Shown: piece by piece, positions 1 through 9,491 of the stretch
Position numbering within the stretch: the first letter of the stretch is position 1
How the letters are laid out: the number at the start of each line of letters is the position of its first letter
Assembly: GCA_020348445.1 (NCBI GenBank)
Contig: CP070751.1
Coordinates: forward strand, 4,653,060 to 4,717,059
Source of the DNA: Thermoplasmata archaeon
GTDB lineage: Archaea; Thermoplasmatota; Thermoplasmata; GCA-020350865
DNA: 64,000 bases
Direction: 5' to 3'
The notes under the pieces: model-generated
Databases searched by the model: none
Told to the model about the DNA's origin: nothing
The model's input: the letters and a program-made list of their open reading frames with translations, nothing else
Position numbers and translations under genes: made by a program

Positions 1-843
1 CCAAATCCCGCCTGATTTCTCGTAGGCTCTCACCTCATTGGTGGTGCTTTCAATACCAATTACCACTTCGGTGTTTGCATCATTGTCTGAATCGCCTACT
101 GCAACTGAATGAACGTTGGTCGGGGTATCGGCAATGATATCTTCCACCCAAATACCACCTATATTTTCGTAAGCTCTCACCTCGTTGGTGGTGCTGGCCA
201 TCCCTATTATAACCTCTTCTTTTGTATCGTCGTCACAATCGGCAATGGCAACACAACGGACATGTGTGAGTGTATCTACAACAACATCCTCCACCCAAAT
301 ACCACCAGATTTTTCGTATGTCCGAACCTCGGAAGATGAACTATGTAAACCTATCACGACCTCATTTGCACCGTCATTATCAGCATCGCCTATGGCTAAT
401 GAGTATACATTATTTGGTGTATCGGCGATAATATCTTCAATCCATATTCCACCCACATAATTGTAAGCTCTCACCTCGTTGGTTGTACTCACCATGCCAA
501 CGACGACCTCGTTTAATTCATCGTTGTCACAATCGCCAATGGCCACGGCATAAATTTCGGCAGGAGCACTGACGATAACATCTTCCACCCAAACACCATT
601 TGATTTTTCATACGCTATCGCCTTTTGATCTGGACTCCATAAACCCACCACAACCTCATTTGTGCCGTCATTGTCAGCATCACCTATTGCAACTGAGGTG
701 ACAGCACTTTCCGTATCACATATGATCTTCTCCATCCAGTCTTGTGGATCTGCCGTTGCCTCCTCTGTGAACTGGGTCATTCCCACAAAAAACATGGCCA
801 CTACAATCCATGCGATAGGTCCATTGCCTCTTTTTTTGTGCAT
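1..843 (-). CDS. Secreted FG-GAP/VCBS-like beta-propeller repeat protein, truncated by the window edge
   Basis: ATG at 843 gives an open frame to position 1 (not in the ORF track because no stop is in the window). It reads MHKKRGNGPIAWIVVAMFFVG (signal peptide), then 49-aa repeats of type AIGDxDNDGxNEVVxG..STTNEVRAYExxGGIWVEDII. Confidence 0.85.
   Translation of the reverse strand, partial: MHKKRGNGPIAWIVVAMFFVGMTQFTEEATADPQDWMEKIICDTESAVTSVAIGDADNDGTNEVVVGLWSPDQKAIAYEKSNGVWVEDVIVSAPAEIYAVAIGDCDNDELNEVVVGMVSTTNEVRAYNYVGGIWIEDIIADTPNNVYSLAIGDADNDGANEVVIGLHSSSSEVRTYEKSGGIWVEDVVVDTLTHVRCVAIADCDDDTKEEVIIGMASTTNEVRAYENIGGIWVEDIIADTPTNVHSVAVGDSDNDANTEVVIGIESTTNEVRAYEKSGGIW
21..755 (-). repeat. Coding tandem repeat, 147-bp period, about 5 copies
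   Basis: Homologous anchors (cgtaggctct / cgtaagctct / cgtatgtccg / tgtaagctct / catacgctat) at 21, 168, 315, 462 and 609, exactly 147 bp apart. Confidence 0.9.
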
Positions 844-1091
844 CTTCTCACCCTTTCGAGTGCAGAGCTCTGTAAAACACTATAAAACTCTCCCTCAAAA
901 AAACGCTGGATGATTATCATTTGCTATATTTTCAAGGATAGGAAAGAGTTTTGATTCGCTGTTTTTTTGGGAAAGATCGTCATTATCTTTCGCATTTTTA
1001 CAAGCGGTTTTTATTTTTCAAAAGTGATAACGCCCTTATTTAATAGGTCTGGCCAAGATTTAGTATGCATAAAAAATATAATGCTGATCTA

Positions 1092-4000
1092 CTAATATGA
1101 TCTGCTCTTTTTCCTCTTTTTCTTGGTTTTAGTAATTATGAATATTCCCATGAATATTGCAGTGGGGATGAGGATTTCCTGAAATTCTGGTATAATTTCG
1201 GTCGGGCCGCCGCTTAACGGGAAGGAGGATCCGGTGATGTTGTCTTGGGTGGAGGTGAGGTTGAAATCCTTAGATTCTGTGATATTTATAAAATGATCAT
1301 CACCTGCATCATTTGAATCTGTGTCAAAAACTACGGTTATTAACATATGAGCCCAGGCCCATGCTTCTAAATTCATATCTGTAATGTCTATCTCGGTTAT
1401 GGCACCTGTTAATACTGTTCCACCTGTGTTTAAAAGGACCTCATCACCATCCAGGGAGCCCAAATTTGTACTATATGTCTCGTTGTAGATGAAAACCCTG
1501 CAGTCGCCGAACTCTCCACTGCCTCCATGGGTTATATTGATCTTTTGTATGGTGATATCGTCACCGACGCAGTAAATCGAGAAATTCAACATTTCATATT
1601 CTGTGAAATCTCCCCAGCCAATGGTGGGCGGGGCCAGATTTTGCTCATTAAAAACCGTGCCTACCCCCCTGGTACTCCGATCATCTTTAATCCAGACTCT
1701 GGAGGATAGGGGATATTCCCCCTCAACTCCCCTTCCTATCCTTTGATTCGAATAATCTTTGGTTTTATTGTTCCAATCCGTGGTCTGGAAATAAACCTTA
1801 AAATGTCCCGTGATATCCAGATCATTTACCGAAATCTGTGTTTCTAACCGCGCAAAATCGATTTTTGCCTCCACCTCGCCCTCATAAAACCATGCCCATT
1901 CAAAAGATGAAGAGCCTTCAAAAATAAGATGTTTTTTGGAGGTTATGTCACCGTATTTACCCTTGATCTCGATTAGATGGTCTGCTCCAATTCCGCCAAT
2001 GAAATAGCCGGTTGAGGATATATCATCACTGTCTATGAAAATGTAAGCGACATCCTCTCCAGTGTGTGGCGGTATAGAAGGAGGCGGTCCAATATATTTA
2101 CTAGCGCCAGTTACTATCTGCACGAGCCAGATATCAGATCCTCCTGCATCATAATCTATTACTCCGTCATTGTCATCGTCAGGATCGTCTGTATCAAGCC
2201 CGCCATCATTATCGAAATCAAACCTTGTATCCTCGAGTATACCATCGGATTCATATATCATAAGTTCTTCGCCAGTATCCACGATTATATATGTCGCATC
2301 GCCGTCTTCTATCTTCCAGTACCTCTCCAATATCTTATGCAATCTCGCTGTAAAAGTCAAAGGTTGTTCTTGATTTCCAAATACCCCCCTTAGAAATTCA
2401 TTAACCGGACCCTCCACTAGATGTTGCCGCAAATTGGATTCCAAATTAAACAGATACTCAAGATCTATATCGTGATAGTCATTTGCATCAAGAATTCCAT
2501 CCCCATCTGAATCCTTGGGTCCAGGTGGCTTGTCCGACGGTACCTCGACATAATTCCAATACGTGATGGGCGTTCCATATCCTATCTCACCGTCAACTTT
2601 TAGATAGAACGAAACCGCATCAGATGTGTTTGATACACCGTATTCGACAATATCTAAATTCCTGTTATCCACATCTTTTATGCTATCAATTACCCTGATT
2701 TTGTTCTCCCAGTCCAAAAATGCCCCATCTACTTTTATATCAACAGGCTCAGACCTAATATAGGATATATCACTTAAACCAGCAACTGGTCTGAGTTTCT
2801 TTAATGAGACTGTTCCAGTGTCGGTGATAATGTCGTGGGCGCTTGTGATTTTAAAGCCTATGGAATTCTCTGGCTCTGCAACATCGCTGATATCCACGAC
2901 AATGTAAAAAGCAATTGGGCTTCCCATAGAAATTTGTAATTCAGGTTGAAATATTGCCATACCCCCGGACATACTACCGGGTATTTGCTGATTCCTATCC
3001 TCGTTTTCGAGCCTTATTTCTGATATATCATGATCGTCTCCAGAACCTATCCTGAGAGCCTTCAGTTCGTTTAGGGTAACATCACTGTTTAAGGCTTCAA
3101 ATTCCAATCTCAGCAATCTATTGTTGTCTCCGCTGATTTTATTATTTCCCACCCCTTGCTGTTCAACTGATAGAACACCTTTTTCGTTACTGATTACGAT
3201 ATTGGAAAAATCCTCGGATCCATTCCAACTTTGCATATAGAACAGAACATCAACGTTTGCACCATTTTTCAAACCCAGTTCACGATGGTTTATTTGGGCC
3301 TCAAGTCTTGAATCTGATGCTGCTGCAGAAATATCACCCACCATCCTCCAGCTATTCCAATCCATATCATATGAACCATAATTACAAAGACTTGTTGAGA
3401 TTACCTCACCTTGCCATCCCTCCACCTTGATCATATAATCTGCACCAATACCCATGACCAGATAACCCGAGAATTGAAAGCAATCAGTATCTATGAAGAT
3501 ATATGCTGTGTCCATATGTTTTCCGCTATTTCGTGGCTCGCCCATAAGCATTTGTCCTCGCACTTCCACATAGAAGGAAAGCTCCCGCATTCTGCTATCT
3601 ACACCAAAGTTGACGATGTCCACATTGAGGTTTTGCGGTTGTATCTCGTCTTCCTCTGATAAAGTGGCTACACCTTCCCAATCATTGAAATTTCCGTCTA
3701 TATTGATTCCTTTTGGCGGTCCACCAGTATAAACGATAACATATGGAGATAATATTAGAAAGAATAGAATAAGAGGAACGATGATCAATCCCAGTTTACT
3801 CCCCTTCCTCTCAAATACCCCCTTTTTTTTCCCAAGACCGTTGGTAATTCCATTCCCATTGGTGATGCCATTTGTGATTCCCATCTTTGCCACTCGAAGG
3901 CCATTTGTAAGCCCGTTCGTTAGGCCATTGGTCAGACCGTCGGTCAGATCACGTTCCTTATCCCACCTCCCGTTGACAATTCCCGCAGAAAGAGCTGCTT

Positions 4001-4547
4001 CATACCTTTTTTCTGCTTTGATACCAGGACTTATCAAACCTATTTCTTCCTCTTTTCTTGGTTCTAGTTCCTCCTCTTCAACCTCCCTTTCCTTGAAGCT
4101 TTCAACTTCACGTGGCCCGAATATCTCTTCTGCTCTCCTTTGATCACAACCGCAGTTTGGACAGATGGTATCATCCAGTTCTAAAAAATATCCGCAAACT
4201 CGACATTCCTTTTCCTCTTTGTGAAAAGCTTCTTTAATCCCATCAAACTCGGTACCACAATCGGGGCAAACAGAAACTGGCTCGTCAAAAATCCTACCGC
4301 ACTCTGGGCATTCATACCCTTCATCAAAATATTTCATCTCATCCTCCACTTCAAATGTTACACCACAAACAGGGCACTCGCTCAGAGCCGATTTAAGTAC
4401 TGTTTTGCATCTTGGACATTCAAAATTGAATTCCTCTTCACCATATTCGATAAGATTAGCACCACAGTGCGGGCATTCTTCCTCTTCATCATCTACTAGA
4501 GCATCACAAGAAGGACATTTTATCTCCAAAGAACTGTACCTCCACAA
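1092..4547 (-). CDS. Membrane-anchored surface protein: 4 N-terminal Zn ribbons, GLTN repeats, TM helix, large acidic extracellular region with DxDxDG Ca-binding motifs, C-terminal PEF-CTERM-like sorting signal
   Basis: 1151 aa, TTG start. Eight CxxC motifs, then (GLTN/GITN)n, then hydrophobic LGLIIVPLILFFLILSPYVIVY. It ends IIPEFQEILIPTAIFMGIFIITKTKKKRKK. Confidence 0.8.
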   Translation of the reverse strand: MWRYSSLEIKCPSCDALVDDEEEECPHCGANLIEYGEEEFNFECPRCKTVLKSALSECPVCGVTFEVEDEMKYFDEGYECPECGRIFDEPVSVCPDCGTEFDGIKEAFHKEEKECRVCGYFLELDDTICPNCGCDQRRAEEIFGPREVESFKEREVEEEELEPRKEEEIGLISPGIKAEKRYEAALSAGIVNGRWDKERDLTDGLTNGLTNGLTNGLRVAKMGITNGITNGNGITNGLGKKKGVFERKGSKLGLIIVPLILFFLILSPYVIVYTGGPPKGINIDGNFNDWEGVATLSEEDEIQPQNLNVDIVNFGVDSRMRELSFYVEVRGQMLMGEPRNSGKHMDTAYIFIDTDCFQFSGYLVMGIGADYMIKVEGWQGEVISTSLCNYGSYDMDWNSWRMVGDISAAASDSRLEAQINHRELGLKNGANVDVLFYMQSWNGSEDFSNIVISNEKGVLSVEQQGVGNNKISGDNNRLLRLEFEALNSDVTLNELKALRIGSGDDHDISEIRLENEDRNQQIPGSMSGGMAIFQPELQISMGSPIAFYIVVDISDVAEPENSIGFKITSAHDIITDTGTVSLKKLRPVAGLSDISYIRSEPVDIKVDGAFLDWENKIRVIDSIKDVDNRNLDIVEYGVSNTSDAVSFYLKVDGEIGYGTPITYWNYVEVPSDKPPGPKDSDGDGILDANDYHDIDLEYLFNLESNLRQHLVEGPVNEFLRGVFGNQEQPLTFTARLHKILERYWKIEDGDATYIIVDTGEELMIYESDGILEDTRFDFDNDGGLDTDDPDDDNDGVIDYDAGGSDIWLVQIVTGASKYIGPPPSIPPHTGEDVAYIFIDSDDISSTGYFIGGIGADHLIEIKGKYGDITSKKHLIFEGSSSFEWAWFYEGEVEAKIDFARLETQISVNDLDITGHFKVYFQTTDWNNKTKDYSNQRIGRGVEGEYPLSSRVWIKDDRSTRGVGTVFNEQNLAPPTIGWGDFTEYEMLNFSIYCVGDDITIQKINITHGGSGEFGDCRVFIYNETYSTNLGSLDGDEVLLNTGGTVLTGAITEIDITDMNLEAWAWAHMLITVVFDTDSNDAGDDHFINITESKDFNLTSTQDNITGSSFPLSGGPTEIIPEFQEILIPTAIFMGIFIITKTKKKRKKSRSY
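3838..3952 (-). repeat. 12-bp-period coding repeat encoding TDGLTNGLTNGLTNGL...GITNGITNGNGITNG
   Basis: Seen in translation. Synonymous codons differ between units. Confidence 0.85.
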
Positions 4548-4756
4548 TATTCCCGATCTGAGCCATTAATGACTTTTATTCTATAAATTAGGTACACTAT
4601 TAACTCCCTTATATATTTTCTATATCAAAAATACATGCTTTCAATTCAATATTACATCTTTTATAACATGAGTTTCTCGAGTTATCATATAACAAGTTGA
4701 TATTTAATATATTGAGTTAAAGGTGAGAAAAATCTTAAAAATAGACCATCAATTTC

Positions 4757-5488
4757 TTAAGCCTTCTCGGATCTCCATTTTTCAAAATAATTGTACGGTA
4801 ACGTACCGAGCATGTTTCTACTTATTTCAAATTCCCCTCCAAGGGTGTCTATTACCTTTCTCATGGTCACATCGACCAATGATTCTGTAGAATGTTGGCC
4901 CAGTCTGGATTCGTAATGCTCAATTACCACATTAATTAGATCTGTTAATATATCCACAACTTCCTCGCATCTCTTCTCAGATATAGTCGCACCATTGAGG
5001 CTTTTTATGAAGAAATTCTTTGCATCTTCCAAATCACCCTCGAACAAAAGTGAATTCTTAACGGCATTTTTTTCAGTGTTTTCCAACTTTTCAAATCTTC
5101 CATCCACGAAGGAATCAACACTTTGTCCCACCACCTTTCTCGATTTTAGAAGGATGGTATAAAGAATTGCGAAAAGGACAATAGGTTTTTTTTCGGTTCT
5201 AATACTTTTCGCCATCAGGGTGGAGATATCAAATTCGATTTTGACCTTCGGACTCTTCACCTGATACTCGAACGCCTCCCTGGTTTTACCTCTTTTTATG
5301 CGTCTGTTCACCAAACCTAGTTCATAAAGCTCTGTAAGGTATTTTACAGCTGTAGCGATATGAATGTTAAGGTCTCTGGCCACCTCGCTTGCTGTTTGCC
5401 AATCGTTTTTATAGACGTTGATCATCACGTCCAAACAATGCTCCTTACCCAAAACAAACAGCATTCTTTTCATTGCTTCCTTTTTCAT
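4757..5488 (-). CDS. ArsR-like winged HTH transcriptional regulator with a C-terminal extension
   Basis: N-terminal TASEVARDLNIHIATAVKYLTELYELGLV HTH followed by a wing. Confidence 0.75.
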   Translation of the reverse strand: MKKEAMKRMLFVLGKEHCLDVMINVYKNDWQTASEVARDLNIHIATAVKYLTELYELGLVNRRIKRGKTREAFEYQVKSPKVKIEFDISTLMAKSIRTEKKPIVLFAILYTILLKSRKVVGQSVDSFVDGRFEKLENTEKNAVKNSLLFEGDLEDAKNFFIKSLNGATISEKRCEEVVDILTDLINVVIEHYESRLGQHSTESLVDVTMRKVIDTLGGEFEISRNMLGTLPYNYFEKWRSEKA

Positions 5489-5853
5489 TTAATTCTCCCC
5501 AAGGAGCTTAAGCGAGATTGAGTCCTTTTTTGTGGTATGGCTCATTCCACAAATAGTATGTTGATTTAATCTGTATAAATATTAATCGAAATAAAATCTC
5601 ACTTGTGATTCTCAGACCTGATATTCAAATAAAATTACCAGTTTTGATAATTTGTTCTTATTTTTTATCTATGAGAATGCCTTCTAAGATTGAAAACTAA
5701 AGAGCTTTTTTTTTTATGTAAAAAGTCCGGATTAATGGATAGGGACAAGGGGAATCAAACAGATATTTTCCACATACCAATCGAAATCTTATTAGAATTT
5801 TTTAAGATAGAACTTAAATAAGAATAAAATCATGTTGGGGGCGGTGTGAGAGC

Positions 5854-6396
5854 ATGAGAATGGTGGTTAGCGGAGTTCCTGGCGTCGGGAAAACCTCGGT
5901 TATGGAAGGGGTGGCCAAGGAAAAAGGGCTTAGCATCGTGAACTATGGTTCCGTTATGTTCGAGGTGGCGAAAAGCCAAGGTCTTGTAGAAAACAGGGAT
6001 CAGATAAGGAAACTATCAGTGGAGAAACAAAGGGATATCCAGGAGGCGGCTGCACAGAAAATATATGAGATGGGCGATGTAATAGTGGACACGCACTGCA
6101 CTATAAAAACCCACGGAGGATTTTATCCAGGACTGCCTGAATGGGTTCTAAGAAAGCTCAAGCCTGATAGAATCATTTTGGTGGAAGCAACACCCGATGA
6201 GATCGCCAAAAGAAGAGCAAAGGATGCAAGCAGGATTAGAGATGAGGATAAAGAGAGAGAGATATCGGAGCATCAAATGATGAACAGGTATGTTGCCATG
6301 GCCTATTCGATGCTAACAGGGGCATCTGTTAAAATAGTTTTTAACCATGATGACGGTCTCGAAGATGCCATAATGGAAGTACTGGATGTTTTTTAA
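5854..6396 (+). CDS. adkA: Archaeal adenylate kinase
   Basis: P-loop GVPGVGKTS; IVDTH motif; GFYPGLP; HQMMNR, typical of the archaeal AdkA family. Confidence 0.93.
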   Translation: MRMVVSGVPGVGKTSVMEGVAKEKGLSIVNYGSVMFEVAKSQGLVENRDQIRKLSVEKQRDIQEAAAQKIYEMGDVIVDTHCTIKTHGGFYPGLPEWVLRKLKPDRIILVEATPDEIAKRRAKDASRIRDEDKEREISEHQMMNRYVAMAYSMLTGASVKIVFNHDDGLEDAIMEVLDVF

Positions 6397-6425
6397 ATTT
6401 TTGATCAAAAGGGGATATGATGAAG

Positions 6426-6637
6426 ATGTGTGTCCCCCGATACTAACAGCCCTGTTCATAGATTGCGAGACGCACTCTCCCAGTCCTGACCCATATCGGG
6501 GGATTGTTGGATATCGGGGTTGTCCTGCAATCATATATTGATGACGCATCATCAGTCATGCAGGGACCCGTATGCGATATCTCACCTTGGCCTTGCTCCG
6601 TGTATCATCATTCAACACGGTCTTCGAACCGAGGCAG
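6426..6637 (-). ncRNA. Three-hairpin box H/ACA pseudouridylation guide RNA
   Basis: The minus strand folds into 3 hairpins. Each has a lower stem, an internal pocket and an apical K-loop or K-turn (tandem sheared G.A pairs). They are followed by AGA (6582-6580), ACA (6507-6505) and ACA (6431-6429), each 14-16 nt from its pocket. The pockets are complementary to conserved archaeal 23S rRNA sequences. Confidence 0.85.
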
Positions 6638-6797
6638 TTGTATATTGGGAGTTGAAGGTTATTAACGTTGCGGTTAGAAAGATATCGATGATTATAAATA
6701 TCAAATCTACCAGATATACTCTCCTCAATTATTAAATCCCACAACTTTTTATAGTGGGTGCGCAATTACACTCGATACTGTTTCTAGGAGAATATCC

Positions 6798-7076
6798 ATG
6801 AAAAGGCCCAGAAATATCAAAACGTACTGCAAATCCTGCCATAAACATACCACCCATGAGATAGAAAGGGTGAAAAAGAAAAAGGCAAATGAGCGGAAGT
6901 GGGGTCAGAGAAGGTTCAGACGGGTCACCGCAGGATACGGTGGCTTTCCCAGGTCAAAGCCTGAGGGCAGGGAAAAGCCCACAACACGGATTTTTCTCAG
7001 GTACAGATGCAAGGAATGCAAAAAGGCCTCGCAAAGACCCTGCATCAGGGCCAAGAAATTCGAATTCACAGGGTGA
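6798..7076 (+). CDS. rpl44e: 50S ribosomal protein L44e
   Basis: YCKSCHKHT...GYGGFPR...[15 protein letters not shown]. Confidence 0.95.
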   Translation: MKRPRNIKTYCKSCHKHTTHEIERVKKKKANERKWGQRRFRRVTAGYGGFPRSKPEGREKPTTRIFLRYRCKECKKASQRPCIRAKKFEFTG

Positions 7077-7081
7077 ATCAT

Positions 7082-7279
7082 ATGGTTGAAGAGGAAAAGA
7101 AGACTAAGAGTAAATTTATAAGGGTCAAATGTCAGGACTGCGGTGGTGAGGAGTCCGGGCAGATAATCTTCAGCCATCCCTCGACAGTTGTTACATGCAA
7201 TGTTTGCGGTGCCACCCTCATAAAACCACAAGGGGGAAAAGGTAAGATTCGAGGAGAGATTCTGGGAGTTGTAGAATAA
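7082..7279 (+). CDS. rps27e: 30S ribosomal protein S27e
   Basis: ATG at 7082. [11 protein letters not shown]...[20 protein letters not shown]. Its stop overlaps the eif2a ATG. Confidence 0.93.
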   Translation: MVEEEKKTKSKFIRVKCQDCGGEESGQIIFSHPSTVVTCNVCGATLIKPQGGKGKIRGEILGVVE

Positions 7280-8064
7280 TGCTAAGGGCAGATGAATATC
7301 CCGAGGTCGGAGAACTCATTATTGGCACCGTTCAGACCGTAAAAAATTATGGGGCCTTCGTTATCTTGGATGAATACGAGAACAAGGAAGGATTCATTCA
7401 TATAACAGAGGTTGCCACTGGCTGGATAAAATACATAAGAGACTACATCAGGGAAAGACAAAAGGTGGTATGCAAGGTTCTTCGTGTCGAGAAAAGCAAA
7501 GGACATGTGGACCTCTCCTTAAAACAGGTTAACGAGCATCAAAGACGTGAGAAGATACAGGATTGGAAAAATGAACAGAAAGCCAGGAAATTATTGGAAA
7601 TCGCGGCTGAGAAACTCGAGAAGAGCATTGATTTATGCTATGATGAATTTGCATCCGATTTGGTGGAGAAGTACGGTGGTTTATACAGGGCCTTGGAGGA
7701 GATCGCCATTAATCCTAACTTATTAAAAGAAGAAGGATTTTCGGGCAATTGGGTCGATATTCTAACGAGCGTGGCCATTGATAACATCACACCACCTTTT
7801 GTCAAGGTTAGCGGTTACCTTGATTTGACGTGTCCCACTCCTGATGGGATAGTCCAGATAAAAAATGCCCTGCTCGAGGCCGAGAGAAGCGAAGTAACAG
7901 AGCTTGTCGTTCAATATGTTGGAGCACCTAAATACAGGATCAAAGTCAACGCACCTGATTATAAAACCGCCGAAGAAGAGCTGAAAAAGGCAAGCGAAAG
8001 AGCGATAACATATATTAAAGAACATAATGGTAATGGAAGGTATTATAGGGAGATAAAGGAATAA
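7279..8064 (+). CDS. eif2a: Translation initiation factor aIF-2 alpha
   Basis: S1 domain (YGAFVILDEY..EGFIHITEV), KGHVDLSLK, YVGAPKYRIKV. Conserved operon position. Confidence 0.95.
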   Translation: MLRADEYPEVGELIIGTVQTVKNYGAFVILDEYENKEGFIHITEVATGWIKYIRDYIRERQKVVCKVLRVEKSKGHVDLSLKQVNEHQRREKIQDWKNEQKARKLLEIAAEKLEKSIDLCYDEFASDLVEKYGGLYRALEEIAINPNLLKEEGFSGNWVDILTSVAIDNITPPFVKVSGYLDLTCPTPDGIVQIKNALLEAERSEVTELVVQYVGAPKYRIKVNAPDYKTAEEELKKASERAITYIKEHNGNGRYYREIKE

Positions 8065-8237
8065 TGCGATCAATACTTAGAAAATGTGAAGATTGTGGTA
8101 AGTACACTTTAAAGGACATCTGCTCTTGTGGAAAGAAAACAATGGTGCCGATACCACCAAGGTTCTCACCGCAGGACAGATTTGGCGAGTACAGAAGGAA
8201 GTTAAAAGAAATCCATGGGAAAGAGAAAATGGTTTAG
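8064..8237 (+). CDS. nop10: H/ACA RNP protein Nop10
   Basis: 57 aa, below the ORF-track cutoff: MRSILRKCEDCGKYTLKDICSCGKKTMVPIPPRFSPQDRFGEYRRKLKE. The ATG overlaps the eif2a TAA. Confidence 0.93.
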   Translation: MRSILRKCEDCGKYTLKDICSCGKKTMVPIPPRFSPQDRFGEYRRKLKEIHGKEKMV

Positions 8238-8259
8238 AATTGAAAAAAAGTAAAAGGAG

Positions 8260-9033
8260 ATGAAAATTATGGAAAACGTCATCATAAATTACCTGCAAAA
8301 ACCTGATATAAATGATCCTATTCTGATCGAGGGTTTACCTGGTGTGGGCAATGTGGGCAAATTGGCTGCAGAGCATCTTATAGATCAACTGCACGCCGAA
8401 AAATTTGCAGATCTTTTCTCAAAACACTTCCCTCCACAGGTTCTGGTGGGGGAGGATGGAGTTGTGAAGCTGGTTAATAACGAGCTTCACTTTGTCAAGT
8501 CGTCCAACAAGGATGGCTTTGACCTGATCATCTTGGTGGGGGATTATCAAGGAATGACTCCCGAAGGCCAGTACGAATTGGCCAGCAAGATATTGGAGGT
8601 CGCCAGGGAGTTTAAAGTAAAGAAAATCTTCACCCTTGGTGGTTATGGTATGGGAAAGGTGATCGAGTACCCCAGGGTCCTGGGCGCCACCACCAACAAA
8701 GGGCTTGTGGAAGAGATGAGAAAATATGGCATCACATTCCCAAAAGGGGAGCCCGGAAGCGGAATCGTGGGTGCCAGCGGTCTTCTGCTAGGCCTTGGTG
8801 TACTGGAAGGAATAGAGAGTGTGTGCCTCATGGGAGAAACTTCCGGCTATTTTGCAGACCCAAAAGCTGCCCAGGCTGTTTTAGAGGTATTGACCAAAAT
8901 TCTCAATGTGAAGGTGGATTTCAAACAACTTGAATTAAAAGCCAAGGAATTGGACTACATGACATCCAAGTTAAAGGACCTGGAGACATCCATGATAGAA
9001 TCACAAAAGGAAGATTTGAACTACTTCGGTTAA
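8260..9033 (+). CDS. PAC2-family proteasome assembly chaperone
   Basis: IEGLPGVGNVGKLAAEHL, TLGGYG, GASGLLLGLG, MGETSGY. Canonical position after nop10. Confidence 0.9.
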   Translation: MKIMENVIINYLQKPDINDPILIEGLPGVGNVGKLAAEHLIDQLHAEKFADLFSKHFPPQVLVGEDGVVKLVNNELHFVKSSNKDGFDLIILVGDYQGMTPEGQYELASKILEVAREFKVKKIFTLGGYGMGKVIEYPRVLGATTNKGLVEEMRKYGITFPKGEPGSGIVGASGLLLGLGVLEGIESVCLMGETSGYFADPKAAQAVLEVLTKILNVKVDFKQLELKAKELDYMTSKLKDLETSMIESQKEDLNYFG

Positions 9034-9052
9034 ACTGCAATTACTACGCATC

Positions 9053-9376
9053 TTACAGCTTGCCTTCCTTGGCCTTTTTCTGGAGTCTTTTGGAGCGCTC
9101 TTTAGAGGAGAAGCCCGTGGCCCTGAGCAGGAACTCGTTTTTTGCCCTGATGGTCTTCATGACCTCGTCGTCGCCTACATTGGGGTCGGTTGCGATATCC
9201 ACGCATAGCTCCTTTTTGCTTTTGATCCAGGCTGTGATGGGTTTCATTGCCCCGTAGTTCGCCTTGAACTTGTCCCCGTCCTTTTCCACATTTCCGAAGA
9301 CCTCTGTCATTAGATTATCCAGCCCCAGATCTTCCAGGGTCTTGTAGTGTCCTCTTTTTATATCCAGTGTTTGCAT
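9053..9376 (-). CDS. Conserved archaeal protein (DUF5611-like)
   Basis: IKRGH N-terminus, YGAM, NEFLLRATGFSSKER C-terminus. Confidence 0.7.
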   Translation of the reverse strand: MQTLDIKRGHYKTLEDLGLDNLMTEVFGNVEKDGDKFKANYGAMKPITAWIKSKKELCVDIATDPNVGDDEVMKTIRAKNEFLLRATGFSSKERSKRLQKKAKEGKL

Positions 9377-9491
9377 ACATCCACCTCAATCTAAACGATG
9401 TAATGGATTCAAGCTTCAAAAAATTTTCTGAGAGATTTTTTATATTGTATCCTGGAATTAGGATTCTCATTGGGAATACATGATTCGGCCA

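Noticed and set aside
1-755. Regularly spaced repeats that could suggest a CRISPR array (also 28640-30990)
   Set aside because: The 147-bp and 294-bp periods are in-frame protein repeats with no unique spacers and no cas genes.
5489-5545. 18-aa uORF (MSHTTKKDSISLKLLGEN) ending immediately before the HTH regulator ATG
   Set aside because: No compositional signal. The stretch is adequately explained as a 5' UTR containing the SD-like GGGGAG.
6411-6492. Plus-strand C/D box sRNA (ATGATGA at 6417, CTGA at 6486) whose D guide GCACTCTCCCAGTC would pair with a tRNA-Phe-like D loop, with +5 on G18
   Set aside because: The same bases form the K-turn and pocket of H/ACA hairpin 3 on the minus strand, which explains the whole 210-nt block including three boxes and rRNA-matching pockets. 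C'/D' boxes are poor. Stranded RNA-seq would settle it.
6426-6637. SRP RNA, RNase P RNA or group II intron domain V as the identity of the structured block
   Set aside because: No GAGGAAAGUCC P4 motif, no intact SRP helix-8 AGCA motif, and the CCGTATGCG resemblance to domain V lacks its second half.
6313-6765. ORF-track ORFs 6313-6552, 6520-6735 and 6556-6765
   Set aside because: No recognisable motifs. They overlap the ncRNA and are most likely chance frames.
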